Positions 1-9,439 of a stretch of 64,000 nucleotides of DNA are shown one piece after another (within the stretch, counting starts at the first letter, position 1; the number at the start of each line of letters is the position of its first letter). The DNA is from an uncultured Verrucomicrobiae bacterium (lineage in GTDB: Bacteria; Verrucomicrobiota; Verrucomicrobiia; Limisphaerales; Palsa-1400). The notes below the pieces were generated by a model, which saw only the letters and a program-made list of their open reading frames with translations, made no database searches and was not told the origin of the DNA. The position numbers were made by a program, and so were the translations under genes. Location of the stretch: contig CAVXRD010000001.1 in the NCBI GenBank assembly GCA_963764165.1, forward strand, positions 704,001 through 768,000. The letters run 5' to 3'.

Positions 1-2
1 AT

Positions 3-698
3 CTGAACCTGAGCATTCTGCGCGACGTCACCGACCGCCGCTCGCTTGAGCACGAAATCCAGGAGATCAGCGAGCGCGAGCAGCGGCGGCTCGGGCAGGA
101 TTTGCACGATGGACTTGGGCAGGCCATGACTGGAATCGCCTTCCTGGCCAAGGTGCTTCAGCAAAAGTTGGAGGCCAAGAATGTTGAGGAAGCAGAGTCT
201 GCCGGCAACATCGCCAGCCTCATCAACGAAGCGCTGTCGCAAACGCGGCGCCTCTCGCGCGGTTTGTGCCCGGTGGTTTTGGACACCAACGATATTGAAG
301 CAGCGCTGGAGCAATTGGCGGAAAACCTTCGCAGCATCTTCTCGATTTCCTGCGAACTGCAATGCGATCCAGATATTCAAATCGCCGACAATGCCGTCGC
401 GGTTCACCTCTATCGCATCGCACAGGAAGCGGCCAGCAACGCAGTCAAGCATGGCCACGCCAAGAATATTCGTTTAAGCCTGCATGGGTCGCCTTCGCGC
501 CTGATGCTCAAGATCAAGGATGACGGGAATGGCTTTCCCAGCGGCGTGGTCAACGGCAGCGGCAAGGGGAAAGGCATGGGCCTGCGGGTGATGCATCATC
601 GCGCCCGCATGATTGGCGCCACCATGAACCTGCGCACCCCGAAAGGCGGCGGAGTGACTGTGACTTGCTCGCTGCCGACTCCCAAGGTAAAAAAGTAG
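3..698 (+). CDS. Sensor histidine kinase, NarX/UhpB (HisKA_3) type, 5'-truncated by the window edge
   Basis: Frame open from position 3: ...EIQEISEREQRRLGQDLHDGLGQ (H-box), then LYRIAQEAASNAVKHG (N-box), IKDDGNGF (G1) and GMGLRVM (G2). Confidence 0.92.
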   Translation: MNLSILRDVTDRRSLEHEIQEISEREQRRLGQDLHDGLGQAMTGIAFLAKVLQQKLEAKNVEEAESAGNIASLINEALSQTRRLSRGLCPVVLDTNDIEAALEQLAENLRSIFSISCELQCDPDIQIADNAVAVHLYRIAQEAASNAVKHGHAKNIRLSLHGSPSRLMLKIKDDGNGFPSGVVNGSGKGKGMGLRVMHHRARMIGATMNLRTPKGGGVTVTCSLPTPKVKK

Positions 699-732
699 TT
701 GCGGGATCTAAAAACACCCAGGACAGGCAACC

Positions 733-2445
733 ATGATGCAGCCAGAAAATCGCCGGCACCAATGGCTGCTGTGCGCACTTCTCGGCGCGGCGGCGTTTCT
801 GGCCTTTCTTCCGGCACTGCAGTGCGGGTTCACCAATTTCGACGATCCCGATTATATCACGCTCAACACGCACATTCAAAATGGTGTTTCATGGGCAGGG
901 TTCAAGTGGGCGATGACCACCGGCTACGCCGTCAATTGGCATCCGCTGACGTGGCTTTCTCACATGGTCGATTGTCAATTATATGACCTCAAGCCGGCCG
1001 GCCATCACCTGACGAACATCCTCCTGCATGCCAGCAACACGATGCTGCTTTTCCTGCTGCTCACCCGATTGACCGGCGCGCCATGGCGGTGCGCGTGGGT
1101 GGCGGCGATCTTTGCGCTGCACCCGTTGCGGGCGGAATCGGTGGTTTGGGTCGCGGAGCGAAAGGATGTCCTAAGCACATTTTTCTGGATGCTGACGGCG
1201 CTCGCCTACGTCCGATACTGCGAAGCCCGCGCCGCCGGGAGCCGGCAGTCAATATTATTTTACATCCTCGCGCTGGCGGCCTTTGCGCTGGGGTTGATGT
1301 CCAAGCCGATGCTGGTGACGCTGCCGTGCGTTCTGCTGCTGCTTGATTATTGGCCGCTTCAGCGATTGCAGCTGAACCGGAATTTTTCGTGGGGCGTCGT
1401 GCTGGAGAAAATTCCATTTCTGGCCATGGCCGCGGCGGACAGCGTTGTCACATATTTGGTGCAGGACAAATCGGGCGTGGTCGCTTCGCTCGCGAAAACA
1501 CCCTTGAACGAGCGGCTGGCAAACTTGCCGGTCGCCTACATCCGCTACTTGGGCAATATTTTTTGGCCTTCGGGATTGGCCGTTTTCTACGGAAGCCGGC
1601 AGTGGACGGCGTTTCAGGCAGGCGGTTCGGCTTTGATTTTGTGCGCTATTACCGGCGTTGCGGTGTGGCAATGGAAAACGCGGCCCTGGCTTATCGTGGG
1701 CTGGCTTTGGTTTGTCGGCATGCTCGTCCCGACGATCGGACTTGTGCATGTGGGGAATCAATCCATCGCCGACCGCTACACCTACGTGCCAAGCGTGGGC
1801 ATCTCTATTATTGTAGCGTGGGGGGTGGCGGAATGGCTGGCCAGCAGGCCGGCCACGCTGCCTGTTGTGGGCGCGGTCGGACTGGGCGCGATTGCTGCCT
1901 GCACTGTCGTGACGGAGCACCAGATTCCATTCTGGCGCACCCCCGTGAGCTTGTTTGTGCGCGTGGCGGACGTGGCCCAGGAAGACAGCATCACCTGCTA
2001 CAACATCGGTTGCGCCGTGATGGATGAGCACAATTACGTCCGCGCCCAGCGCTGTTTCGAGCGCGCCTTGCGTGTGGCCGACGACCAGGTTGCGCCTTCG
2101 CTCATGGCGGACATTAAAAACAATCTCGGCCGCGCTGACCTGGAACTGGGCAATATCCCGGGAGCGGTGAGCAATTTTGAAAGCGCCATCAAAACCAAGC
2201 CGCTCTTCCCGCAAGCCTACTTCAACATGGGCAATGCCTTCACGTCCAATGGCCAGCCGGATGTGGCGGTGGAATGTTATCAAAACGCATTGCGCATGGA
2301 TCAAAATCCGGCCATTTATCGGGCGCTGTCAAATGCATACACGCGGATGGGCGACACGGTGAAAGCAGCCGACGCCGGCTTGCAAGCCAAGCAAGCGGCG
2401 CTGGGCATTGCGCCTGCAAAGGCGCCCACCCCGCCCCGCCCATGA
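733..2445 (+). CDS. TMTC-like membrane protein (GT-C fold N-terminus, C-terminal TPR repeats), copy 1
   Basis: Multi-TM N-terminal region with NFDDPDY, WHPLTWLSH, ESVVWVAERKDVL, SKPMLVTLP and ADRYTY; TPR-like C-terminus (NNLG...AYFNMG). Confidence 0.8.
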   Translation: MMQPENRRHQWLLCALLGAAAFLAFLPALQCGFTNFDDPDYITLNTHIQNGVSWAGFKWAMTTGYAVNWHPLTWLSHMVDCQLYDLKPAGHHLTNILLHASNTMLLFLLLTRLTGAPWRCAWVAAIFALHPLRAESVVWVAERKDVLSTFFWMLTALAYVRYCEARAAGSRQSILFYILALAAFALGLMSKPMLVTLPCVLLLLDYWPLQRLQLNRNFSWGVVLEKIPFLAMAAADSVVTYLVQDKSGVVASLAKTPLNERLANLPVAYIRYLGNIFWPSGLAVFYGSRQWTAFQAGGSALILCAITGVAVWQWKTRPWLIVGWLWFVGMLVPTIGLVHVGNQSIADRYTYVPSVGISIIVAWGVAEWLASRPATLPVVGAVGLGAIAACTVVTEHQIPFWRTPVSLFVRVADVAQEDSITCYNIGCAVMDEHNYVRAQRCFERALRVADDQVAPSLMADIKNNLGRADLELGNIPGAVSNFESAIKTKPLFPQAYFNMGNAFTSNGQPDVAVECYQNALRMDQNPAIYRALSNAYTRMGDTVKAADAGLQAKQAALGIAPAKAPTPPRP

Positions 2446-4334
2446 TGCCGTGGGCGGCCAATCACAAGAAATGCGTCATCTGCGCCGGCTTGTGCGCGGC
2501 GGTCCTGCTGGCCTTTTGGCCTGCCCTGCATTTCGGCTTCGTCAATTACGACGATCCGGACTACGTGACGAGAAACTGGCATGTCCGGCACGGCTTGAGC
2601 CTCCGGAATGCGCTCTGGGCATTTACCCATGTCGCGGCCAGCAACTGGCATCCGGTCACTTGGCTCTCGCACATGCTCGATTGCGATTTATTCGGGGTGA
2701 AACCGCCGGGCCATCATCTCACAAGCCTGCTGCTGCACGCGGCAAACGCGGCGCTTCTTTTTATATTGTTGACGCAACTGACCGAAGCGATGGCTCCAAG
2801 CGCCATGGTGGCGGCGATTTTCGCGCTTCACCCGTTGCGGGTTGAATCGGTGGTTTGGATTTCGGAGAGAAAAGACGTTTTGAGCGGACTGTTCTTCCTT
2901 TTGACGTTATTGGCTTATGTCCGCCATGCGAAGAATCCGGAATCAAAAGGCGCCTACGCTTCGTCCCTGGTTTTTTTTGCGCTCGGATTGATGGCAAAGC
3001 CGATGCTCGTGACCGTCCCTTTGATTTTGCTCCTGTTGGATTACTGGCCGCTCCGGCGCTCCGGCCCGGATTCCTCCGGCCATTTGATCGGCGAAAAGAT
3101 TCCATTCTTTGTCCTCTCGATCGCGGCGGGCGCGGCAACGTTTTTGGTGCAAGACCGCGCCGGCGCGGTCGCGGCGTTAAGCCATTACTCGCTTGCGGCG
3201 CGGCTGGCTAACGCGCCCGTCGCCTATGTTCGTTACATCGCGAAAAATTTCTGGCCGGTTGATCTTGTTGCATTTTATCCGCGCACGTATTGGGGTGTGG
3301 CAGAGGTTGCTGGATCGATCTTCGTGCTGGCCGCCATCACCATTTTCGTTCTTTGGAAATGGCGGACTATGCCTTTTCTCGCCGTGGGGTGGTTTTGGTT
3401 TTTGATCATGCTCCTGCCCGTGATCGGAATCGTCCAAGTCGGGGGGCAGTCGATGGCGAATCGTTATACTTACTTGCCAGGAATCGGACTTTGGATTGCG
3501 GTGGTTTGGGGTTTTACCGAATTGCCGTGGAAAGCGGGGGTCTCCGTCGCCGCGGGGGTGGTGATCTTGCTGCTGGCCATTGAAGCGCGCGGCAACACCT
3601 GGGTTTATCAGAACAGCGAAGTTCTTTGGATCCATACTATGAGCGTTTACCCTGACTGCCTCCCGGCGGAGAATAACTTAATCCGCTGCTACATCGAGCG
3701 CGGCAACTGGGACAAAGCCGCCGATGAATGCTCACGCGCCCTGGCGACCAACCCGACCGACCCGAAGGCAAACGACGAAATGTCACAAATTCGTTTGCAT
3801 CAAAATCGCGTCAATGATGCGCTCGAGTATGCGCGAAAGGCCATTGACGAAGAACCGCGGGCCGCCGAATTCCACGAGACACTCGCCATCGCGCTCCTGG
3901 CAAAAGGCGACTTTCCCGCGGCAGCGGACGCCTGCCGCGAAGCGATTGCGCTGGATTCCAGCCAAGCAAAAGCCTGGTGCAATCTCGGCTTTGCCACCCT
4001 TCAGCAAGGCCGGGCTGCCGAGGCGGTGGAAGATTATCTCAAGGCGCTGGCGCTGGATCCGGACTACGCGCTCGCGCACAATGATCTCGGCAGCATTTAC
4101 CTCCGGCAAAAACAGATGGATGACGCCGGAGCCGAGTTTCAACGCGCCGTCGATTCCAATCCAAATTACGCCGAGGCGCATTACAATTTGGCCGGCGTGC
4201 TGGCGGAGCGCGGAAATTTGGATGAAGCAATTGCGCACTGCCAGCGCGCCCTCGAACTTCTGCCGCAATTGACACCGGCGCGGCAGAGGCTGGCGGCGCT
4301 GCAGGCGCAACGGGAAAGGAGTCATGCCCGCTGA
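2442..4334 (+). CDS. TMTC-like membrane protein with TPR repeats, copy 2
   Basis: ATGA overlap with the previous stop; NYDDPDY, WHPVTWLSH, ESVVWISERKDVL, ANRYTY; multiple TPRs (AWCNLG, AHNDLG, AHYNLA). Confidence 0.8.
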   Translation: MMPWAANHKKCVICAGLCAAVLLAFWPALHFGFVNYDDPDYVTRNWHVRHGLSLRNALWAFTHVAASNWHPVTWLSHMLDCDLFGVKPPGHHLTSLLLHAANAALLFILLTQLTEAMAPSAMVAAIFALHPLRVESVVWISERKDVLSGLFFLLTLLAYVRHAKNPESKGAYASSLVFFALGLMAKPMLVTVPLILLLLDYWPLRRSGPDSSGHLIGEKIPFFVLSIAAGAATFLVQDRAGAVAALSHYSLAARLANAPVAYVRYIAKNFWPVDLVAFYPRTYWGVAEVAGSIFVLAAITIFVLWKWRTMPFLAVGWFWFLIMLLPVIGIVQVGGQSMANRYTYLPGIGLWIAVVWGFTELPWKAGVSVAAGVVILLLAIEARGNTWVYQNSEVLWIHTMSVYPDCLPAENNLIRCYIERGNWDKAADECSRALATNPTDPKANDEMSQIRLHQNRVNDALEYARKAIDEEPRAAEFHETLAIALLAKGDFPAAADACREAIALDSSQAKAWCNLGFATLQQGRAAEAVEDYLKALALDPDYALAHNDLGSIYLRQKQMDDAGAEFQRAVDSNPNYAEAHYNLAGVLAERGNLDEAIAHCQRALELLPQLTPARQRLAALQAQRERSHAR

Positions 4335-6336
4335 AACTCCCGTTCGGCCGAGGCGCGTTCTGCTCCTGGCGGCGATCTTGGTCGCGGCGGTTTTCTTTGC
4401 TTACAAACCCGCGTGGAACGCCGGATTTATTTGGGACGATGACATCTATGTGACACACAATCGGCTTCTCACCGCGCCGGACGGATTGAAACGGATCTGG
4501 ATGACGACCGATTCGCCTTCGCAATATTTCCCGCTTGTTTACACCGCGTTGCGAGTGGAGCGCAGCGCGTGGGGATTGAATTCGACCGGTTACCATTTGG
4601 TGAATATTGGATTGCACGCCGCGAATGCGCTTTTGCTTTGGATGCTGCTGCGGCGTCTGCGCGTTCCCGGCGCATGGCTGGCGGCGGCGCTGTTTGCCCT
4701 GCATCCGGTGCAGGTCGAATCGGTGGCGTGGGTGACGGAACTGAAAAACGTCCTCTCGTTTTTCTTTTGCCTGCTGGCGGGCCTGGCTTGGTCGGAATTT
4801 CTCGAAGACGGCGCCAACCTTTGGCTGTTCTACTTTGCCGCGCTGGCGTTCGAGGCGCTCGCGCTTTTCGCCAAGACAACGGCCTGCACATGGCCCGTCG
4901 GATTGCTGGTGATTGTTGCGATTAAAGGCCAGCCAGTCAATTCGCGGCGCATCCGGCAAATCGTTCCATTCTTCGTGCTCGGGCTGGCGATGGGCCTGGT
5001 CAGCGTGTGGTGGGAACGGCACCACCAATTTGCGACTGGAGATATTTTCAAAGTCGGAATCGCTGGCAGATTCTTGATCGCGAGCCACGCCATTTGGTTT
5101 TACCTGGGAAAACTAATCTGGCCCTCCCACTTGGCTTTCAGTTACGAGCGATGGCATATCGATCCGCGCCAGCTCGCGCAATACTTGTGGCTGCTGGCCG
5201 CCCTTGGCGCGGCTTCGGCGCTTTGGTTCGCGCATCGCGCCGTCAAACTGGCGGCCGTTTATTACGTCCTGATGCTCGGTCCGCTGCTCGGTTTCATCAT
5301 GAATTATTCGTTCCGCTACAGCTTTGTGGCGGATCACTACCAATACATGGCTTGCGCCGGGCCTTTGATCCTGCTCGCGGCCGCGATTGACAGAGCCGGG
5401 TCGCTTTTTGGGGAGACAAAGCGAAACGCGCTTTGCGTCATATTATTGACAACGCTTGGAGTTCTGACGTGGCGGCAGTGCCTGCAATATAAAGACAGCG
5501 AGGCGCTCTGGCGGGCCACGCTGCGCAGCACGCCATCTTCGACCATCGCGCGCAACGATCTCGCGGCCGCGCTGCTCGACCAGCATCGCGACGCGGAGGC
5601 GGCCGAACTTTCGCGGCAGACTCTGAAGATGGATGCGGGAAATGCCGTGGCGGAAAACAATCTCGGCCTCGCGCTCTTGGAAGAAGGCCATGCGGACGAG
5701 GCCGCGCCGCACTTGCAGCACGCCGTTGCCTTGTCTCCGAATTTGCCAAGCCCCTATTACAATCTCGGCCGCATCTGCCTTCAGCAGCACCGCTATGACG
5801 CCGCGATCACCAATTTTCAAACCGCGATTCGCCTGCAGCCGGATTACCCGGAAGCATTTTGCAATCTCGGTTTCGCCTTGCTGCAGACCGGCCAGATTGC
5901 GCCCGCGATCGCAAATTATGAAACCTCCGTCGCGCTTGATCCGAATTATTCTCTTGCCCACAACGATCTTGGCAGCATTCGATTGCGGCAGGGGCAAACC
6001 AACGAAGCGCTGGCGCATTTCAAAATCGCGGCGGAACAAGGGCCGGATTTCGTCGAGGCGCACTACAACCTGGCCGGAGTTTTAATGGCGCAAAATCAGT
6101 TGGACGAATCATTGAGTCAATACGAGAAAGTAATTCAATTGCGACCGCGCCTGCCCGAAGCCCACTTCATGCTTGGCAGACTGGCGATGGCGTATGCGCG
6201 AATCGGGCAAAGCGGGCGCGCGGTGGAAATCACCAAACGCGCCGTTGACTTGGCTCAAGCGGGCGGCCCGGCCGAAGCTGACCTGGCGAAGAATTTGAAA
6301 GCGCAATTGAGTGCGCTTTCAGCGCCTGCTCACTGA
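4324..6336 (+). CDS. TMTC-like membrane protein with TPR repeats, copy 3 (more divergent)
   Basis: GFIWDDDIY, HPVQVESVAWVTELKNVL, VADHYQY; multiple TPRs; overlaps the previous gene by 11 nt. Confidence 0.8.
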   Translation: MPAETPVRPRRVLLLAAILVAAVFFAYKPAWNAGFIWDDDIYVTHNRLLTAPDGLKRIWMTTDSPSQYFPLVYTALRVERSAWGLNSTGYHLVNIGLHAANALLLWMLLRRLRVPGAWLAAALFALHPVQVESVAWVTELKNVLSFFFCLLAGLAWSEFLEDGANLWLFYFAALAFEALALFAKTTACTWPVGLLVIVAIKGQPVNSRRIRQIVPFFVLGLAMGLVSVWWERHHQFATGDIFKVGIAGRFLIASHAIWFYLGKLIWPSHLAFSYERWHIDPRQLAQYLWLLAALGAASALWFAHRAVKLAAVYYVLMLGPLLGFIMNYSFRYSFVADHYQYMACAGPLILLAAAIDRAGSLFGETKRNALCVILLTTLGVLTWRQCLQYKDSEALWRATLRSTPSSTIARNDLAAALLDQHRDAEAAELSRQTLKMDAGNAVAENNLGLALLEEGHADEAAPHLQHAVALSPNLPSPYYNLGRICLQQHRYDAAITNFQTAIRLQPDYPEAFCNLGFALLQTGQIAPAIANYETSVALDPNYSLAHNDLGSIRLRQGQTNEALAHFKIAAEQGPDFVEAHYNLAGVLMAQNQLDESLSQYEKVIQLRPRLPEAHFMLGRLAMAYARIGQSGRAVEITKRAVDLAQAGGPAEADLAKNLKAQLSALSAPAH

Positions 6337-6378
6337 ACCATCACCGTGCGGATGAAAGGGCAAACCCAAAAAATTTGA

Positions 6379-6548
6379 GACAGGATAAAAAGCCGGCGCG
6401 CGAATGTGACAATGCATTTTGACTCCCCTTTGTTTTCTTTGTTACCTTCTGTTAAGATTTCTTTTGCAACAAGGAAGCAAAGGCAACGAAGAATTCCGTC
6501 TTGCCACCCAACTCTGAAATCCCAGGCCTTTATCCTGTTCATCCTGTC
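6379..6548. repeat. Nested low-complexity inverted repeats between convergent genes
   Basis: GACAGGAT...ATCCTGTTCATCCTGTC encloses CTTTGTTTTCTTTGTTACCTTCTGTT / AACAAGGAAGCAAAGGCAACGAAG; a similar AAAGGAAACAAAGGCAACGAAAG occurs at ~57205. Confidence 0.55.
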
Positions 6549-6581
6549 TAAATTCCGTGTTTTAATTGCCCTGTTCGGCAG

Positions 6582-7937
6582 CTAGGCCGCCTGCAAATTT
6601 TTGCGCGGGTCGGTCGCGCTGATGATCACGCTTACGGCTTTTTGATTGAAGCCTTTGAACCCGCCACGCCGCTGCAGGTTTTCGAGATGGCTTCCGATCG
6701 CGCCTTCTCGCTGGAACTTGTCCGCCTGCTCCGGCGTGATCAATCCCGCCGCCCGCAATTTTTCAACGCGCTCCGGCGAAACGGGCCAGCGTTCGCCTTC
6801 AGTGAACGCCTGCCGCAGAAATTCAAAATTGGAGAAGGGCTTCATCGTCTTGATCCCCTGCCCTTCCAGCTGCGCGCGCAGTTGATCGAAATCAAAGCGG
6901 GCCTCCAGATGGTGCATGCCAGCCTCTAGAATGCTTTCGCCGTGCAGGCCGCACCACAACCCCACCGTGCCAAGCGATTTTCCCGGCGCGAGGCGCTGGG
7001 TCGAGAAATCAATCTCCGTTTCCTCCGGGCGCAAGTCGACATCGGCAAAAACAACAACGCCAGTCGTCGGCTGCTCGGATATTTGCGCGCCCCAGCCCGC
7101 TTCCGCGCCGGCATAATAACGCTCGCGCTTGGTGAAACCGAGTTTCACCAGAAGTTCAATCGCATCGACGAAGTGCTCGCGTGAGCAGCGGAAGGTGTGA
7201 TGGTCGTGATTGCCCCAGCCGAGGCCGAGAATGTCCTGGCGGCGCTTTTGCAGTTGCGCGGCGCGGTTGCGGCTTTCCCAATAGCGGCGCTCTTCCTGAA
7301 AATAGTAATGACACGACAAATCCGGCCCGACCAGTTCCAGCGAACGCGCCAGACTCCGCCAGAGCGCCTCAATGCCCTCGGCTGAAGTCGCGCAGCGGCG
7401 GCGGCGCGCGCGCCAAAGATCCTGCGCTTCCACCATCTTTTCCAACTGGCCCGGCGCCGGGGGAGCCACCACAAAGCCGCGGTAAGCATTGCGTTCCACC
7501 GCTTCGAGAGCCACGCCGCCTTCCGAATTGATTTTGACACGGCGCAAACGCGACAGAGGAGCGCCTTCAATGGGCGACGGGAGCGAGTGGGCGGCAACGA
7601 AATCAGCCACGAACTCCGGGCGCAGGGAGATCATCATCTCGCCTTGTTTTGCGCCGAGAATGACGCGGGGAAGAGTCGCGCGCGGATGGTGCAGCACAGT
7701 CTGTCCGCCGGCAATTTCCACATTATCCTCGACCATTCCAACGGCGCGCAACGCTGGTTCATCGTCGGCGCTCAGAGTGGCGTGGTCGATCCATTCAAAG
7801 AAATCCGTCCCAGTCTCCGTGCGCATGCGGGCGGCCAGATCGCGCGCGAAGCTGTTGCGCGCCAAAAATTCGTCCATGCGGAGCCGCAAATAAGTTTCCG
7901 CCTCAAACGCCAGGGGCCAGTCAAACCGATCATTCAT
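6582..7937 (-). CDS. Uncharacterised VOC-superfamily protein resembling DUF1338/HglS and HPPD-type Fe(II) dioxygenases
   Basis: Probable start MNDRFDWP at 7937; motifs NHDHHTFR, GMHHLE, LRQAFT and GSHLENLQRRGGFKGFN. Confidence 0.6.
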   Translation of the reverse strand: MNDRFDWPLAFEAETYLRLRMDEFLARNSFARDLAARMRTETGTDFFEWIDHATLSADDEPALRAVGMVEDNVEIAGGQTVLHHPRATLPRVILGAKQGEMMISLRPEFVADFVAAHSLPSPIEGAPLSRLRRVKINSEGGVALEAVERNAYRGFVVAPPAPGQLEKMVEAQDLWRARRRRCATSAEGIEALWRSLARSLELVGPDLSCHYYFQEERRYWESRNRAAQLQKRRQDILGLGWGNHDHHTFRCSREHFVDAIELLVKLGFTKRERYYAGAEAGWGAQISEQPTTGVVVFADVDLRPEETEIDFSTQRLAPGKSLGTVGLWCGLHGESILEAGMHHLEARFDFDQLRAQLEGQGIKTMKPFSNFEFLRQAFTEGERWPVSPERVEKLRAAGLITPEQADKFQREGAIGSHLENLQRRGGFKGFNQKAVSVIISATDPRKNLQAA

Positions 7938-8226
7938 AGGAATAGATGTTACCGTGAAACCATAAAAGACCGCGGGCGGGAACGCAAATGAAACGTCGGC
8001 CCATAAGCGGGCGTGATTAAGAATGGGTGAGGCGCAAGCGAGATTGCCGAGGGTTGGCTTTGAGCGGAGCCGGCTGTGCCAGGCCCAGCGACCCGGCATT
8101 AAGAGAAGCAGGCTCCGCCGTGACGCGAAGCCTGAATGAGATAGGTGCTTTGAGCAGCCGAGCAAGTTTGAGCTGCTTGCTTCGCCGCCGAGGGTGCTAG
8201 CGTTTAACGCCTGGCTGGAGCCGTGC

Positions 8227-8385
8227 TTAATTCGACGAGCCGCGGCGGCCAAAATGAAAGCCTGTTTCGTCCTCGTAACCTTCACGAATCACGAGGGTTT
8301 CACGAAGTTTGGCCGCCATTGCTGCGATGGCTACCAAGATCATCGCCAGAAGCGATACAGACTCTTTATTGGCATGCGTATCCAT
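8227..8385 (-). CDS. Small single-TM hypothetical protein with a GYEDETGFHFG motif
   Basis: Hydrophobic stretch SLLAMILVAIAAMAA followed by EGYEDETGFHFG; start uncertain (8385, 8397 or 8430). Confidence 0.55.
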   Translation of the reverse strand: MDTHANKESVSLLAMILVAIAAMAAKLRETLVIREGYEDETGFHFGRRGSSN

Positions 8386-8610
8386 ACTGCTTTCCATAGC
8401 AATCCAAATGCCAATGGGATCAAGGCCCAAAATTCACTGGCAACAGACCTGAGAGCCCGCCAGCCGCGTATCTGGCCGAGACAGCTTTCTTTGACAGCAT
8501 GCCCAATCTTGGGACATCGATCGGCCAAGGCAGGGGACGCCGCGGCGAGGCGTCGCTATCATGCGAAACGATTGTATCGCTTTTTTATTTCGCCTTATTA
8601 ATATGCTCAA

Positions 8611-9342
8611 ATGGGACGTCAATGGCTCCATGCAAAACGGTTGGTCGCCGGCCTGAAGAAGGGCCGCACCACAGCGAAACTTGTCCGCGAAATTTCAGTC
8701 GCCGCCAAAATGAGCGGACCCGACCCGGACATGAATCCGCGCCTTTTCGCCGCCATCGAGAAGGCCAAGAAGGAAAGCGTCAACCGCGAAGCCATTGATC
8801 GCGCCATCAAAAAAGGAGCCGGCATCGGCGCCGAGAAATTAATCGTCGAGCACGTCGTGTTTGAAGGTTACGCCCCTCACAAAGTTCCCATAATCGTCGA
8901 AGCCTACACCGACAACGTCAATCGCACCGCGCCGGAAGTTCGCATGCTCTTTAAGAAAGGGCAGCTTGGAGTGGCTGGCGCGAATAAGTTCCTGTTTGAC
9001 CACGCCGGTCTTGTCGAAGCGCACCATCCTGATGCCAAGACCGACTTGGAAACCGCCGCCATTGAGGCTGGGGCGAACGAGTTTGAACCGCTGTCCCATG
9101 AGCAAAATGACGATATTCCCGCAGGCGCGGCCGGAGCTCGTTTTATTTGCGACCGCACGACAGTTCACCAAGTTTCCAAGTGGTTGAGCGCGAATGGTTG
9201 GACTGTGGTAACAAGCGAATTAGGATACGTTCCGAAGAATTTTCCCGAGCTAAACGAGACGCAAAGGGTTGAGGTGGGCGATTTTCTGCAAGCTTTGGAA
9301 GAGCATGACGACGTCCATCGCGTCTGGGCTGCTGTAAAGTGA
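8611..9342 (+). CDS. yebC: YebC/PmpR family protein
   Basis: 243 aa; GPDPDMNPRL, IDRAIKKG, FEGYAP, TDNVNRT, LEEHDDVHRVW. Confidence 0.93.
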   Translation: MGRQWLHAKRLVAGLKKGRTTAKLVREISVAAKMSGPDPDMNPRLFAAIEKAKKESVNREAIDRAIKKGAGIGAEKLIVEHVVFEGYAPHKVPIIVEAYTDNVNRTAPEVRMLFKKGQLGVAGANKFLFDHAGLVEAHHPDAKTDLETAAIEAGANEFEPLSHEQNDDIPAGAAGARFICDRTTVHQVSKWLSANGWTVVTSELGYVPKNFPELNETQRVEVGDFLQALEEHDDVHRVWAAVK

Positions 9343-9439
9343 AGCAGTACGCTTTTCAACCAATAATTTCCGCTCTTTATCATTGACTCAGAGGAAGTTG
9401 TATGTCGTGATACGTCCCCATTAAGTCGGTTCGTCTCTA

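Noticed and set aside
7938..8285. N-terminal extension of the 567-aa ORF, or a possible ncRNA at 8020-8225
   Set aside because: The extension reads as non-protein-like and overlaps the small gene at 8227. Only short hairpins are visible and I recognise no RNA family.
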